IMG/VR virus record: IMGVR_UViG_3300046331_000690
Coordinates: 1-56,120 of that record
Reading direction: 5' to 3' (one strand)
DNA: 56,120 nucleotides
Origin: a virus
Lineage: Duplodnaviria; Caudoviricetes
Position numbers and translations under genes: made by a program. The notes under the pieces are model-generated. The model saw only the letters and a list, made by a program, of their open reading frames with translations. It did no database searches and was not told where the DNA came from. Below are positions 18,601-28,754 of the stretch, piece by piece. The stretch's first letter is position 1. Each line of letters starts with the position of its first letter.

Positions 18601-18981
18601 AAAGGAAAGGTAGGTATTGAAGGACCTGGCACAACAACCAGCGATAGCATACCGGCTATGATCAGCCGGGGAGAAAGCGTTATTAATGCCAAGGCAACCA
18701 ACAAATGGAAACAAGCGCTGGAGGCAATCAATAATAATCAATTTGAAAGTTATCTGGCCAGTCATTTTACAAAGCTTGCTATGCCTCAAATACCTGAAGG
18801 TTTGATTGCTGGGCAAAATGGATTACAGATTGATTATGAAAAATTGGCTTTGGCCATTGCCGGTAAAATACCTGAGCCTACATACATTCAGAACAATATA
18901 GATGAAAGTGGATTTCAAAGATTAGTAATAAAAAATGGCAATAAAACTGAGTATAAAAATCAACGCTATTCAATGACATGA
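15640..18981 (+). CDS. Tail tape measure protein
   Basis: 1113 aa, Ala-rich and helical; C-terminal GPGTTTSDSIPAMISRGESVINA motif. Confidence 0.88.
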   Translation: MSAENVVINFVGDTSALQPVENALDGIIAQSGEVGTAWTKASAAMTNQTKESVTSTNKLSKSIEQMIVATKSMDKVAIGGAYKETLKEIKNELGLTNKEIVKFLNDAKKLVEIQVGDPNTLEDIDQMKLGIEVINQQLLELGNFEGGTLLEFIKSLKNQLLGLKAAGKENTSEFTNLREEIVRLQNEYNNTNKELKNLGSDTKGIDGVISLAGGVASGFAVAQGAAALFGDENEEVQKALLKVNAAMSFLQGLQGIQNVLQKESAASLLFASGARTTQTAAVVAETVAEGANVVATEAATVAQVELNTAMSLNPVGLLIVGILAAVAAFSAFGDEVESSVDRIERLQKKAEDVYTALQNLSKVNQFAVDREVEITKNKELVNVLEAQNTSIQNINQQKKIGIGLENDKLKDELSNIESVKDISEDKNQFVERELAIKSQIYSNDQAQLVLDIETNKVLAERALKSNSANADAEVAKRKLAIIQNQIDSIASIKAISDAEIEAIKRKKQEDLNPANQLTAGEIAKVNADANLAIAENRKALSQKLLEIDTAGIEAKVLLAKKGSEDEYQARLLFLQNEQQTLLAATKVTKNDKLKIEADFYVKKKALDQEFAVKKLENEISYFDANIAEFGLSENRKLELTIRRLDKQRDLEILQAEDNAAKIAEINAKYDLQNIEANKASIANVLADNLKTVDAFSGISNAANEKILTQDKSTFDQRVAASKQLLSNKLLSLDLEASAEKKKLAVGLEAAGDDINKRLFAQHEYDVAVQLINNQRSAAAIKSEEETTAATLKEIEKRTVSLQNVFSIVQKGLQATLGNSPLTTALTDLQNFGVQAQDVFAKIKAGTITSAEGFKQLAGSAIASMQEITNQLFADNSAQRAATLQDTLSILDEQKNKELSNKNLTEQQKAEIDKKYKDKERQEKIKAFEAEKGAKKEQAIINGLLAVTNVWAQNAGNPILAAILTALTVTTTAIQVAKISAAKTPKFFKGKVGIEGPGTTTSDSIPAMISRGESVINAKATNKWKQALEAINNNQFESYLASHFTKLAMPQIPEGLIAGQNGLQIDYEKLALAIAGKIPEPTYIQNNIDESGFQRLVIKNGNKTEYKNQRYSMT

Positions 18982-19457
18982 AAAAAGAATCTTTAAATAC
19001 AATTTTCGACTACAATGATGGTCAACTTTTTTGGAAGGTTGAAAGGAATGGGACTAAAGGAATTGGCTCTTTAGCCGGCTGCTTAGATCGAAATGGATAT
19101 GTTGTAGTATGCTTTGACGGAAAGCCGAGAAAAGCTCACAGAATTATTTATACAATGCATTTTGGCGAAATACCAGAAGGTAAAGAAATCGATCATGAGA
19201 ACTTGATCAGAACTGATAATAGGATTGAAAACCTAAGAATTGCCAATCATGGACAGAATCAACAGAATGGGAAAAAGTACAAAAACAATACCAGTGGATT
19301 TAAGGGGGTTTATTATTATCCACCTGATAGATGGAGGGCAAGGATAAGCGTAAACAACAAAGATATTTGTTTGGGATTCTATAGTACTAAGGAAGAAGCA
19401 GCTTCTGCTTATCAAGAAGGTGCAAATAGATTACATAAACAATTTGCTAATTATTAA
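18978..19457 (+). CDS. HNH-AP2 homing endonuclease
   Basis: HR...IDH.N..RTDNRIENLR, followed by NTSGFKGV..WRARI (AP2). Confidence 0.9.
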   Translation: MKKESLNTIFDYNDGQLFWKVERNGTKGIGSLAGCLDRNGYVVVCFDGKPRKAHRIIYTMHFGEIPEGKEIDHENLIRTDNRIENLRIANHGQNQQNGKKYKNNTSGFKGVYYYPPDRWRARISVNNKDICLGFYSTKEEAASAYQEGANRLHKQFANY

Positions 19458-19459
19458 TA

Positions 19460-22069
19460 ATGAGTAACTGGAGATTCACTTTATTAGACAGATTAAATAT
19501 TGCTACGGTTATAGAAGAGCCAGTGGGATGGGATGCTTGTGAAGCTGCCTTAAACCGGGATAAAGATTACCATGGTATTTTCTTTGATAATCAGGGTGAT
19601 ACTTTTGAGTTTTACGATGAAGCAAAGGACTTGCTACAGGCTGAATATAATAGTTATGGCAGTCAGGGTAATTTGGTTTTGATTATTGAGGAGAATTGCG
19701 GCAACGGATATGTAGAATACAGCCGGGGTAAATTCGATTTTAATAAGTATGAATTTATTTGCGAACGTAGTTGCTTTGTTAAAATACCTATTGAAAGTAT
19801 TGGTGAGGTGATGGATTTAAGAAACCGAATAAATCAGAAAGTAGATCTTGAAACTTTGACCGGTTTTGATGGCACCACAGCTTTAATTCCTTATAGCCAT
19901 CTTCCATTTACTATGGAGTTACCGGGTAAGTCTATTAATGTTCAGGATAAAGCAATTTGGGAAATGGAAGGAACTACAGAGATTAGTTTAGCTGATGTTC
20001 CAAATATTCAATATGATAGCGCTCCATCAAATTATAATTTTGGTTGGTTTCAGGTAGTACCCCAAATTGAAACTATCAAACTGAGTGAATTTGGTAAATT
20101 TTCAACAGCCCTAACTCCTGAAAATAATTTTATATGCAGTGGGATTTATAATGATGATAAATGTCCGGATTTATTTAAAGTTAGAGCCGGGAATATTGCC
20201 GGTACAACCGATAGGACACTTTATTTTGATTGGAGTAATTGTACTCCAACTTTATACAACGACAATAATAAAGACAATTTTGATTTTATTAATAAATTCA
20301 ATCTCTCTCTTTCATATACTATTCAATTTGATACTAAAAATGCAAGGATTTTATTTTTGAATAAAGTTGTTTTAATCAGGCGAAAAAATGGAACTACAGA
20401 AGTACTGCATAATATTCAAGAATTAAGTGCTACCGGTGGAAGCGGTTCGCCGGGCGGATATGTGACAGGCAGTTATTGGGCACCCAATACAACACATACG
20501 GTATCTGATATATTTACAATCAGCGATATAATGCTAAATGACGGGGATTATTTATTTATTGTGTTATGTGGCCTTTCTCAATATTTAAATACTGAAGCTA
20601 CTGCAGGTGATCCAGCTTTTAATTTAGTAGGTAAAGCCGGCACGCTGGATTTGCTGGCATTATCAAAAGCAGTTGCCACTACTTCCAAAGTATTTGCCAT
20701 CAATGAAACGATCAGCAGGGTATCGGAGGCCATTACCAATGATAAGCTCAGGGCTTATAGTGAATATTTTGGCAGAACGGATAGCCAGCCATATACTGTA
20801 GATGCTGATGGTAACGGATCACTGGAAGTAGTAACAGATGGCATAAGGGTAAGGCGCCAGGAGAATAAAATAGCTGGGAAAACTTCTGTATTTGCTGTTT
20901 CCCTACAGGATCTGTTTGAGGGTTTAAATCCTATCCATAATATTGGAATGGGTATTGAAGCAGATATTAACAGAACGGGATACAATCGGCTAAGAGTCGA
21001 GCCTTGGACTTTCTTCTATAACAATGCAGTCATTTTTACTTGTACAAATATTGACAAGATTATACGTAAGGCAGAGGCCAGGGATATTTTCTCCACCTTT
21101 CAATTTGGTTATCAAAAATGGGAGGCTGAGGAGTTTAATGGACTGGATGAATTTTTAACCAAAAGAACTTATAGAACTACCCTTAGTCAAATTAAAAATG
21201 ATCTATCGAAATTATCAAAGATGGTTGCCAGCGGCTATGCTCTGGAAATTACCCGGCGCAAAGGAAATGAGGATAGTAAGGACTGGCGGTATGATAAGGA
21301 TACATTTATTATTTGCTGTAAAAGAAATACACCGGTTACCAGAAATGCTGATTTTATCAATACTGACAGGTTTATTGTTTTTGAAGCTTTGCCAAATCAA
21401 TTTATTGGCCAGACAATTACCATCACTGGTACTGCCAGCAATAACGGGAGTTATACTATTTCAGATATTCAAACAATTAGCATAGTAGGACAAATAACAC
21501 CGGGCTATCAAATATTTGTATTACCTGCAACACTTGTTTATGAGGTTGGTGGTTCAGGAACATTTCTATTGGGCGGTTCTACAGCTTTAATAGTTGAACA
21601 GGGGAATATTTCCACTCCGGAAAACATTATTGATCCAGCAACCATTTATAATTATCGCATTTCACCGGTCCGCAATGCGATGCGATGGATGAATAAGGTA
21701 TTGGCCAGTTATCGAAATTTTGATGCTGATGCTAAGTTGTTGTTTACCGATGGTGATGGTAATTATTTTGCCAAAGGCGAAATGACAGCTACCAATGGTA
21801 AACTTGAAAATGCAGCTATTGAAGAAAACGAAATGGTCAATCTTTCTATTTATGCAGATAAGAGTAATGCCATGCCATTAATGATGGCAGAGAGGATTCA
21901 ATTTGAATATCCAATGACGAGTAGTGAGTATGCTGATATAAAAGCCAATCCTTATGGCCTGGTAAGCTTTAGCAGCGATTGTGAAGCAGGTGAGGGATGG
22001 ATAGAAGCAATGATCTATAAACCGGAGCAGGGGAAAGCAACATTTACATTAATACCAAAAGCAAATTAA
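19460..22069 (+). CDS. Tail/baseplate structural protein
   Basis: 869-aa ORF following the tape measure gene. Confidence 0.6.
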   Translation: MSNWRFTLLDRLNIATVIEEPVGWDACEAALNRDKDYHGIFFDNQGDTFEFYDEAKDLLQAEYNSYGSQGNLVLIIEENCGNGYVEYSRGKFDFNKYEFICERSCFVKIPIESIGEVMDLRNRINQKVDLETLTGFDGTTALIPYSHLPFTMELPGKSINVQDKAIWEMEGTTEISLADVPNIQYDSAPSNYNFGWFQVVPQIETIKLSEFGKFSTALTPENNFICSGIYNDDKCPDLFKVRAGNIAGTTDRTLYFDWSNCTPTLYNDNNKDNFDFINKFNLSLSYTIQFDTKNARILFLNKVVLIRRKNGTTEVLHNIQELSATGGSGSPGGYVTGSYWAPNTTHTVSDIFTISDIMLNDGDYLFIVLCGLSQYLNTEATAGDPAFNLVGKAGTLDLLALSKAVATTSKVFAINETISRVSEAITNDKLRAYSEYFGRTDSQPYTVDADGNGSLEVVTDGIRVRRQENKIAGKTSVFAVSLQDLFEGLNPIHNIGMGIEADINRTGYNRLRVEPWTFFYNNAVIFTCTNIDKIIRKAEARDIFSTFQFGYQKWEAEEFNGLDEFLTKRTYRTTLSQIKNDLSKLSKMVASGYALEITRRKGNEDSKDWRYDKDTFIICCKRNTPVTRNADFINTDRFIVFEALPNQFIGQTITITGTASNNGSYTISDIQTISIVGQITPGYQIFVLPATLVYEVGGSGTFLLGGSTALIVEQGNISTPENIIDPATIYNYRISPVRNAMRWMNKVLASYRNFDADAKLLFTDGDGNYFAKGEMTATNGKLENAAIEENEMVNLSIYADKSNAMPLMMAERIQFEYPMTSSEYADIKANPYGLVSFSSDCEAGEGWIEAMIYKPEQGKATFTLIPKAN

Positions 22070-22070
22070 A

Positions 22071-23549
22071 ATGGCCATAAGAATAATTTCACCAACATAT
22101 AGTTTTGTTCAATTTGGGCAATCGGAATCAATACAGGGCTGTTGTACTGAAGAAGAGTTATGTGCTTTACCTGTAGCAGAGGAAACAGACCTTTATTTTC
22201 AGTTTAGTATTGTGGCCGATAATGCAGAAGAAATTCAGGCAGTAAATGATATTACGCTGTCGGATATTCATTTATATGGAATGAGTGGAGAAGGCAATGA
22301 GGGATTACCAATATTTACTAATCTGGTAAGAAACTGGACACAAGAAGATGAATTGCAGTTTGAAAAGTTTATAACCGGTGCATTAGAAATTACTTATTTA
22401 TGGCGTCATCCTTTGTACGATGTAAAAACATTATTTGCCTGCAATGGCTGTTTTCAATTGGGTATTTATATTGAACCATTTTTAGTAGGTGCCACTGAAT
22501 ACAATTTCAATGCAATCAGTAATGTTTTTAAACATGTTTGTGATAGCTGCTATACAGCAGTAATTGAGTACAGCAATAAAAAAGACTATGCCGGCTTTAG
22601 GTATTGCAATATTGATGATTTTGTAAATCGGGTTAGGCTGCCAATGTACCTTACCCAGCCTAGTCATAAAGAGGATAAGTCTGTTTATAGAAAGAGCAAT
22701 GGAATCATAAAGCAAAATAGTTCTTTATTGTACAAAGAATATTTGGCTATAACTGATTTTCTTACAGAGAAACTTCATGATAAATTATCCATTGCATTGG
22801 CACATAATGACCTGCTTAATTTGTACGATACAAAATATCAAGGTGGCATTAGTAAAAATGGAGAATATGCCATTGAGTGGGATGCTGAATTAAATTTATG
22901 TACTGCACCGGCAAATTTTAAAGCGATCGCATACGGCTTTACTTTTAAAAATGCCAATTGTACGGATTGTAATACTGCTGTATTACCCGAAAGGCCAGTA
23001 TGTATTATTGGTATTGCTACAACTGCCTTTTCCTATGAAAATACAGAAACAGATTTAATATACACGGCTGTATTTTTATTGGATGTGCAACCGGAAAGTA
23101 CTGTAATTGACTATAGTCTTGATTTAGGTATTACCTGGTATCCTATTATAAGTTTTGGACCAACCAGCGGCTTAACACTTACAGCAAATTATTCAATACC
23201 TCCGAATGTAAGCGATACGGTACCTCACTATATAAGGGTGAGAACGGTATGTGCCAATGGAGCATCAGCCACAGCACATTTGTATTATTATAGTGAGGAC
23301 TATAGCTTAACATTTGTGGCAACTTCTATTACTTCAACATCCTTTCAGTTGAATAGTGGCTTTAGTTCGGGTGTAAGTTTTGATATAAGCTTAGATGGTG
23401 GAGCTACTTATATTTTAACTGGATTAACAAGTACTAGCTATATAGTTACCGGCCTTACAACTGGTACAACCTATCAAGTAGTAAGAAGAATGCATTCGCT
23501 AAATGGAATAGTACAGGCACTACCACCGGTAAACGTAACAACGTTATAA
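22071..23549 (+). CDS. Tail structural protein with C-terminal FN3/Ig-like segments
   Basis: VTGLTTGTTYQV is an FN3-like motif. Confidence 0.55.
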   Translation: MAIRIISPTYSFVQFGQSESIQGCCTEEELCALPVAEETDLYFQFSIVADNAEEIQAVNDITLSDIHLYGMSGEGNEGLPIFTNLVRNWTQEDELQFEKFITGALEITYLWRHPLYDVKTLFACNGCFQLGIYIEPFLVGATEYNFNAISNVFKHVCDSCYTAVIEYSNKKDYAGFRYCNIDDFVNRVRLPMYLTQPSHKEDKSVYRKSNGIIKQNSSLLYKEYLAITDFLTEKLHDKLSIALAHNDLLNLYDTKYQGGISKNGEYAIEWDAELNLCTAPANFKAIAYGFTFKNANCTDCNTAVLPERPVCIIGIATTAFSYENTETDLIYTAVFLLDVQPESTVIDYSLDLGITWYPIISFGPTSGLTLTANYSIPPNVSDTVPHYIRVRTVCANGASATAHLYYYSEDYSLTFVATSITSTSFQLNSGFSSGVSFDISLDGGATYILTGLTSTSYIVTGLTTGTTYQVVRRMHSLNGIVQALPPVNVTTL

Positions 23550-23552
23550 TTT

Positions 23553-24392
23553 ATGAAAAAAGGAATATTATTAATGGCTTTGGGTAATGAGAATTATTAC
23601 CGTATGGCGGTTGTGTTAGCAGCTTCTATAAAAGTTAATGATCCTGATTTGCCCATTTGTTTAATTACCGGAAATAAGGTGCAGGAAGAGCATAAGCTGT
23701 TATTTGATATTATCAATCCTCCGATTGAAAAAAGTATTACGGTTAAAGGCGCCATACAATTTATAAAGGCTAAGACCTACATGTATGAGTATAGCCCTTT
23801 TGATGAAACTATATTTTTAGATGTGGATCAGGTAATGATAATGGGGAGGAAATTAAGTTCATTATTTGATGAGCTTGCCGGTATTGATTTGGCTATCAGT
23901 AATACCGGTATTGCAAAGGAGAGTATATGGGCAAGTATTAAAGAAGTGAAAAGCTTGTATGGTAATAATCCATTCTGGAATTATCACAGTGAGTTTATTT
24001 ACTTTAAAAAGTGTGCTGCTGTAAAAAGTTTCTTTAAGGCCGCAATAAAAATTTATGATGATAATAAAATAACTACTGCAAATAAGTTTGCCAATGCAAA
24101 TATGGCTGATGAACTGGCATTTCAGGCAGCATCAATAAAAACGGGTATTTACCCTCATAAAGAAAATTGGCTTCCAAATTTTTGGTTTGACCGGGATATT
24201 AAAAATAGCAGGAAGTATCCATTTGAATTGACAGAATATATTACTTACAGCATTGGCGGTAATAAAATTCCCAATAATGTAAAAGACAATTACAATATTT
24301 TGGCGAAAGCATACTTCGCAAAACTTGGTTTATTAAATCCCTATCAGGTGGTTGATAAACGTACTTTTTTACCTGAAAGAAAATTAATTTAA
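23553..24392 (+). CDS. Putative GT-A glycosyltransferase
   Basis: LAASIK..P.LPICLIT, K...YEYSPFDETIFLDVD (DxD), and DELAF. Confidence 0.7.
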   Translation: MKKGILLMALGNENYYRMAVVLAASIKVNDPDLPICLITGNKVQEEHKLLFDIINPPIEKSITVKGAIQFIKAKTYMYEYSPFDETIFLDVDQVMIMGRKLSSLFDELAGIDLAISNTGIAKESIWASIKEVKSLYGNNPFWNYHSEFIYFKKCAAVKSFFKAAIKIYDDNKITTANKFANANMADELAFQAASIKTGIYPHKENWLPNFWFDRDIKNSRKYPFELTEYITYSIGGNKIPNNVKDNYNILAKAYFAKLGLLNPYQVVDKRTFLPERKLI

Positions 24393-24393
24393 A

Positions 24394-26190
24394 ATGCCAA
24401 AGATTAGTAATGAGAAATTGCAAATGTATTTTACCAGCAGTGGTAATTATTACCCTTTGTATGTTGATTCTGTAAAATTGTACAATGATTTAAAGGTGCA
24501 TGCGGACGGTTCATTTCCAGGTCATTTGATAGAAAAGCAACGTCCATCAGAGAGCGAAGAGATTCTTGTTTATAGAAAAGACATTTACGAAGCAGTAACA
24601 AAGCTTCCTCTTAGCAAGGTAATAAATTGCTACAGCAAAATCAGAAGATCACCAGACTGGATGATAAAATTCCCTACCGATAAGGTTTCTGCTAAAATTG
24701 CGGAAGATGAAACGCTGGAGGAATATTGCAGTGAACAATTACCAGGCTTTACAAGCATTACTAATTGGGCTTTTGATATTTTGCTTCCTCAAAATTTAAT
24801 TGATGCCAATGCAGTGATAGCAGTAATACCAATAAAGGAAATTACTGCAACTGAATACGCTATGCCAACGCCTATATTATTCAACAGTGATCAGGTAATG
24901 TTTTATAGCGAAAAGGATAAATATTGCATTCTTGAAAGCAAAATAATAGTCAACTACCAGGATGCAAATAATCATTTTCAAAGTGGTAAAAGATTTTATT
25001 ACATAGATGATAATGAAATTGCTATTTATGAGCAATCAAAGGATGGTTACGTGCCTGTATTTTTTCAGGTAAATACAATCAAGCAATTTCCTGTCTTTAA
25101 AGTAAAATCAGAAAGCTACCGGCAGTATGAGAATATGAACTTAAACAGAAGCCGGCTACATGCCATGGTGCCGTTTTTGAATAAAGCTGCAACTGGGGAT
25201 AGTGATTTAGATGGCAGTAAGATTCAGCATTTGTATCCGCTGTTTTGGTACTATCAAAATAAAAGCTGTAATAGTTGTAATGGTATAGGCAAGGTTGCTA
25301 CTGAAAATGGACATACAGATTGTAAAAGTTGTGCAGGTAGCGGAAAAGTAAAATTTTCTCCCTTTGCACATATTCAAGTTGATCCTGCCACACTAGGCAC
25401 ACAGGCCAATCCAATACCACCGGCTGGTTATATACAACGTGATATTGCCATTTTAGAATTACAGGAAAAATGTGTTGAAAAGAATAATTATAAGGCGCTC
25501 TCTGCAATGAATATGCAGTTTCTTGATCAGACACCACTTTCAATATCTGGCGATGCAAAGCAGGTTGACAGGGAGGAGCTAAACAACACCGTTTATAATA
25601 CTGCAGAAGATTTGGTATATACAGTTGAGAAGGTTATTTATTTTATCAATGAGTGGCGGTATATATACATTGTTGCTGATAAGAATAAAAGAGAGGAAAT
25701 GTTGCCAGAGATACCAGTTCCACAAAATTTTGATTTGTTGCCAGAAGATTATTTGATGAAGGAAGTAACCGATGCAAGAACTGCCAAGGTAAATCCATTA
25801 TTAATTGCTACTCTGGAACAGCAGCTTGCCGCCAAGAAGTTTTACAACCAGCCTGATCTTGCTTGTAACATTAAGCTATATTTTGACCTTGATCCATTGC
25901 CTGGTTTATCTGTGGATGAAAAAATGAGCCTGATCAGTAATCAGGCCATTACTAAAGAAGATTTTGTAATCAGCAGCTATATGGCCAGCTTTATAAAAAG
26001 AGCATTGAGGGAAAATGCAGACTTTGATAAAATGGATTATCAACCACAGATGGATGTGCTTATAAAATACGCTCAGGAAAAAATTAAGGCAAATGATGCT
26101 GCCAGCCAAATGATTGATGCTCAAAAGCAGGCTGTATTGGCTGAAATGAAACAGGCTAACCCCGGACAGCAAGCATCAGGAGGCCAATAA
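24394..26190 (+). CDS. Portal protein with a DnaJ-type zinc-finger insertion
   Basis: Size and position, SGDAKQVD motif, CNSCNG.G and CKSCAG.G. Confidence 0.7.
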   Translation: MPKISNEKLQMYFTSSGNYYPLYVDSVKLYNDLKVHADGSFPGHLIEKQRPSESEEILVYRKDIYEAVTKLPLSKVINCYSKIRRSPDWMIKFPTDKVSAKIAEDETLEEYCSEQLPGFTSITNWAFDILLPQNLIDANAVIAVIPIKEITATEYAMPTPILFNSDQVMFYSEKDKYCILESKIIVNYQDANNHFQSGKRFYYIDDNEIAIYEQSKDGYVPVFFQVNTIKQFPVFKVKSESYRQYENMNLNRSRLHAMVPFLNKAATGDSDLDGSKIQHLYPLFWYYQNKSCNSCNGIGKVATENGHTDCKSCAGSGKVKFSPFAHIQVDPATLGTQANPIPPAGYIQRDIAILELQEKCVEKNNYKALSAMNMQFLDQTPLSISGDAKQVDREELNNTVYNTAEDLVYTVEKVIYFINEWRYIYIVADKNKREEMLPEIPVPQNFDLLPEDYLMKEVTDARTAKVNPLLIATLEQQLAAKKFYNQPDLACNIKLYFDLDPLPGLSVDEKMSLISNQAITKEDFVISSYMASFIKRALRENADFDKMDYQPQMDVLIKYAQEKIKANDAASQMIDAQKQAVLAEMKQANPGQQASGGQ

Positions 26191-26278
26191 GCATCCATAC
26201 AATTTGGGCAAGTAAAAGGACCAGCAATACTTTACCAATATCTCTAAGAAAAGATTTCATGTTTTAAATATAAAAATT

Positions 26279-27889
26279 TTGGAGCAGTCTGTCAAGCAAA
26301 TATTATCCACAATAGACGATGCAATTGCAAAGTTTCAGGATGCCATTCCCGGCATACAGAAATTGATCTATGATGAACTGCAGCCATTGTTAAAGAAGAT
26401 TGATATTAAGGATGGAAAGCTGTTGAATAATGTAAACAACCTGAAGCTTATTGGTGAACTGAAAAATAAGCTGGAGAAAATTATTATTAATCCGGAGTAT
26501 AAAAAATCTGTAGAAAAATTCATTGAAAGCTTTGGAGTGGTGGCCAACCTGCAGCAGGATTATTTCAGCCAGTTTAACCAAAAGTATAAGGCAAAAAATA
26601 CATTGCCTATAATTAAGCAGTTGGCAGTTGAAAGCACTATTACTGATTTGGTAGGGCAAGGGATGAGCAGTAATGTGATAGATCCTATACAGAGAATTTT
26701 AACCCAAAATATTACAACCGGTGGCAATTATGCCAACTTTCAAAATCAATTAAGGAATCATATTTTAAATAATGAAACCGGAGATGGCAGCCTGGAGCGC
26801 TATACCAAACAGATTACTACAGATGCCATTCATCAGTATAATGCCACTTACCATGATACCATTGCCCAGGACCTGCAATTTAACTGGTGCCGGTATGTAG
26901 GCAGTAACCTAACTACCAGCCGGGAGTTTTGTATTTTAATGACAAAAAAGCAATGGGCACATAAAACCGAATTGCCGGATATTATTAAAGGCCATATTGG
27001 TGACACAGAATGCAAGCTGAGTAAAACTACCGGTTTGCCATTGGGAATGATCCCAGGTACCAATGTTGATAATTTTAAAGTTCGTAGGGGTGGATACAAT
27101 TGCGGACATCAGGCTTTTTGGGTGCCGGATAGTGCAGTGCCGGAGGAGGTGAAAGCTAAGTTTGCAGGGGGCAAAGTTCCTGCTAAAGAGGAACCGGCTA
27201 TGCCTACTAAAAAAGCTTTAAAGAATGATATTTTACAAAATAATAAAGAGTCGATAAAAAAAATTAGTGATGACAAAATTGCCATTTATGATGATTTGTT
27301 TGATAATCTTATTGAGACTATTGTAATTAAAAAAACCAATAAAGCTGAAGCGTATTGTACAACAGATGGTAAAACAGTTGTAATAGGTAATTATAATAGA
27401 GATAGAAAAAGCAAAGGTTTTATTTACAAAAATCGAAATCTATCAGATTATTTCAGAGATACGGTAATGGCTCATGAAACAGGACATGCCATACATGTAC
27501 AAAAAGAGGTGATTATATTACCTCAAAAAGCAAATAATATTGAAGCGAAGGTAAGCGAAGGTTTTGCCTCTCATTTTGATAATTTAAAATCAATCATAAA
27601 AGGCAAGGAGAAATCAGTTGAGGATTTCTTAATTAAAACAAGGTCTGGTTCAAACCAAGATGAGAAAGAACAAATTGGTGTACTAGCTGATATTTTGGGT
27701 AGTTTAACTAAGGGTAAATATGGATGGGGTCATGAACTGAAATATTATAACAGGGTAGGTTATTCAGAAGCTGAAATATTTGCTCATTCTATTTCTTTAT
27801 TGAAAGTAGATAATAAATTTGCAAATAGCAATGCTGAAATGAAACAGGTTATTGAAGAAATGAAAACAAAGATTTTAGATTGGTTGTAA
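26279..27889 (+). CDS. Minor head (MuF-like) protein with a C-terminal HExxH domain
   Basis: YVG....SREFC and RGGYNCGH motifs, a linker, then AHETGHAIH and EIFAH. Confidence 0.7.
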   Translation: MEQSVKQILSTIDDAIAKFQDAIPGIQKLIYDELQPLLKKIDIKDGKLLNNVNNLKLIGELKNKLEKIIINPEYKKSVEKFIESFGVVANLQQDYFSQFNQKYKAKNTLPIIKQLAVESTITDLVGQGMSSNVIDPIQRILTQNITTGGNYANFQNQLRNHILNNETGDGSLERYTKQITTDAIHQYNATYHDTIAQDLQFNWCRYVGSNLTTSREFCILMTKKQWAHKTELPDIIKGHIGDTECKLSKTTGLPLGMIPGTNVDNFKVRRGGYNCGHQAFWVPDSAVPEEVKAKFAGGKVPAKEEPAMPTKKALKNDILQNNKESIKKISDDKIAIYDDLFDNLIETIVIKKTNKAEAYCTTDGKTVVIGNYNRDRKSKGFIYKNRNLSDYFRDTVMAHETGHAIHVQKEVIILPQKANNIEAKVSEGFASHFDNLKSIIKGKEKSVEDFLIKTRSGSNQDEKEQIGVLADILGSLTKGKYGWGHELKYYNRVGYSEAEIFAHSISLLKVDNKFANSNAEMKQVIEEMKTKILDWL

Positions 27890-28078
27890 TTCATAATCCA
27901 ACAGGCCAATATCTTCACCATCAACTAAATGCTGATTCCAGACAATTTTTTTATTTTCAGATATAGCAAGCGTTACTAACTCTTCCGTAATAAAATTATC
28001 GCCGTATTGCCTACTGCCGCTCATTAGGTATTTAAAATCTTGCCCGGTCATTTTTAAATATTTCTCAGTGTTATCCAT
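27875..28078 (-). CDS. Hypothetical protein
   Basis: Last gene of a small minus-strand operon. Confidence 0.6.
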   Translation of the reverse strand: MDNTEKYLKMTGQDFKYLMSGSRQYGDNFITEELVTLAISENKKIVWNQHLVDGEDIGLLDYELQPI

Positions 28079-28101
28079 TTCTAAATATTTTTTTGCATTA
28101 A

Positions 28102-28347
28102 TTAATCTTCCTCATCCTCTTCAAATTCTATATCATTTAAACTTAGCAAGCTACCGTCATTCTCCCTCCAGTATATACAACCAAAATAGGCTTCTGTCCA
28201 TAAAGTACCTTCTTCTGCAAGATGTGTTTTTCCATCCATAGCTACTTTCATTGCCACTCCTACATCCTGACAAATGCCAAACTGATCACCAGAAACCGGT
28301 GCTATTTTCTCCCAGTGTAAGCAGGTACAACAAAATTTTGCGGCCAT
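28102..28347 (-). CDS. Cys-rich hypothetical protein
   Basis: CCTCLHW..GIC..FGCIYW. Confidence 0.6.
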   Translation of the reverse strand: MAAKFCCTCLHWEKIAPVSGDQFGICQDVGVAMKVAMDGKTHLAEEGTLWTEAYFGCIYWRENDGSLLSLNDIEFEEDEED

Positions 28348-28356
28348 AATAAAAAT

Positions 28357-28560
28357 TTATCTGCAAGATGCGTCTGGTAATATGTGATAGCGACTTGCAT
28401 TTGTAGTATTGGCTTTTGCCCAATCCTCCGTTTGCTTAAATGGCTGACAGGTAATGGTACCTGTGTTATCAACACACTCCATACATTTTAGTTTACTATT
28501 ATCTTTTGAACAAGAGCAAAAAATAGTAGCTACAATCAGTAGCAATGAAAATTTTTTCAT
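28357..28560 (-). CDS. Small lipoprotein
   Basis: Signal peptide with lipobox FCS|C. Confidence 0.65.
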   Translation of the reverse strand: MKKFSLLLIVATIFCSCSKDNSKLKCMECVDNTGTITCQPFKQTEDWAKANTTNASRYHILPDASCR

Positions 28561-28712
28561 GTTTTTTCTTTTAAATAAGCTTCTTTAATCAGCATAATAA
28601 CAGCCTGGCTTTTATTGATTTTCTGTCCTTTCTTTTTTGTTTCTTCCACCTGCTTATCCAGTATCAGGTTAAAAACTTTGGTAGGTATTTCCTTTAAACT
28701 TATTCCCGGCAT
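28557..28712 (-). CDS. 51-aa ribbon-helix-helix-like regulator (not in the ORF track)
   Basis: Manual translation gives MPGISLKEIPTKVFNLILDKQVEETKKKGQKINKSQAVIMLIKEAYLKEKT*. ATGA overlap with the next gene; a minus-strand TACATTTG box at 28739-46. Confidence 0.6.
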   Translation of the reverse strand: MPGISLKEIPTKVFNLILDKQVEETKKKGQKINKSQAVIMLIKEAYLKEKT

Positions 28713-28754
28713 AAAAGTACAATTTGTTTAACTCATATCAAATGTACAACTTAA

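Noticed and set aside
18978-19457. Group I intron around the HNH-AP2 gene
   Set aside because: The flanking genes appear complete and abut the ORF directly, leaving no room for an intron core; it is a free-standing endonuclease.
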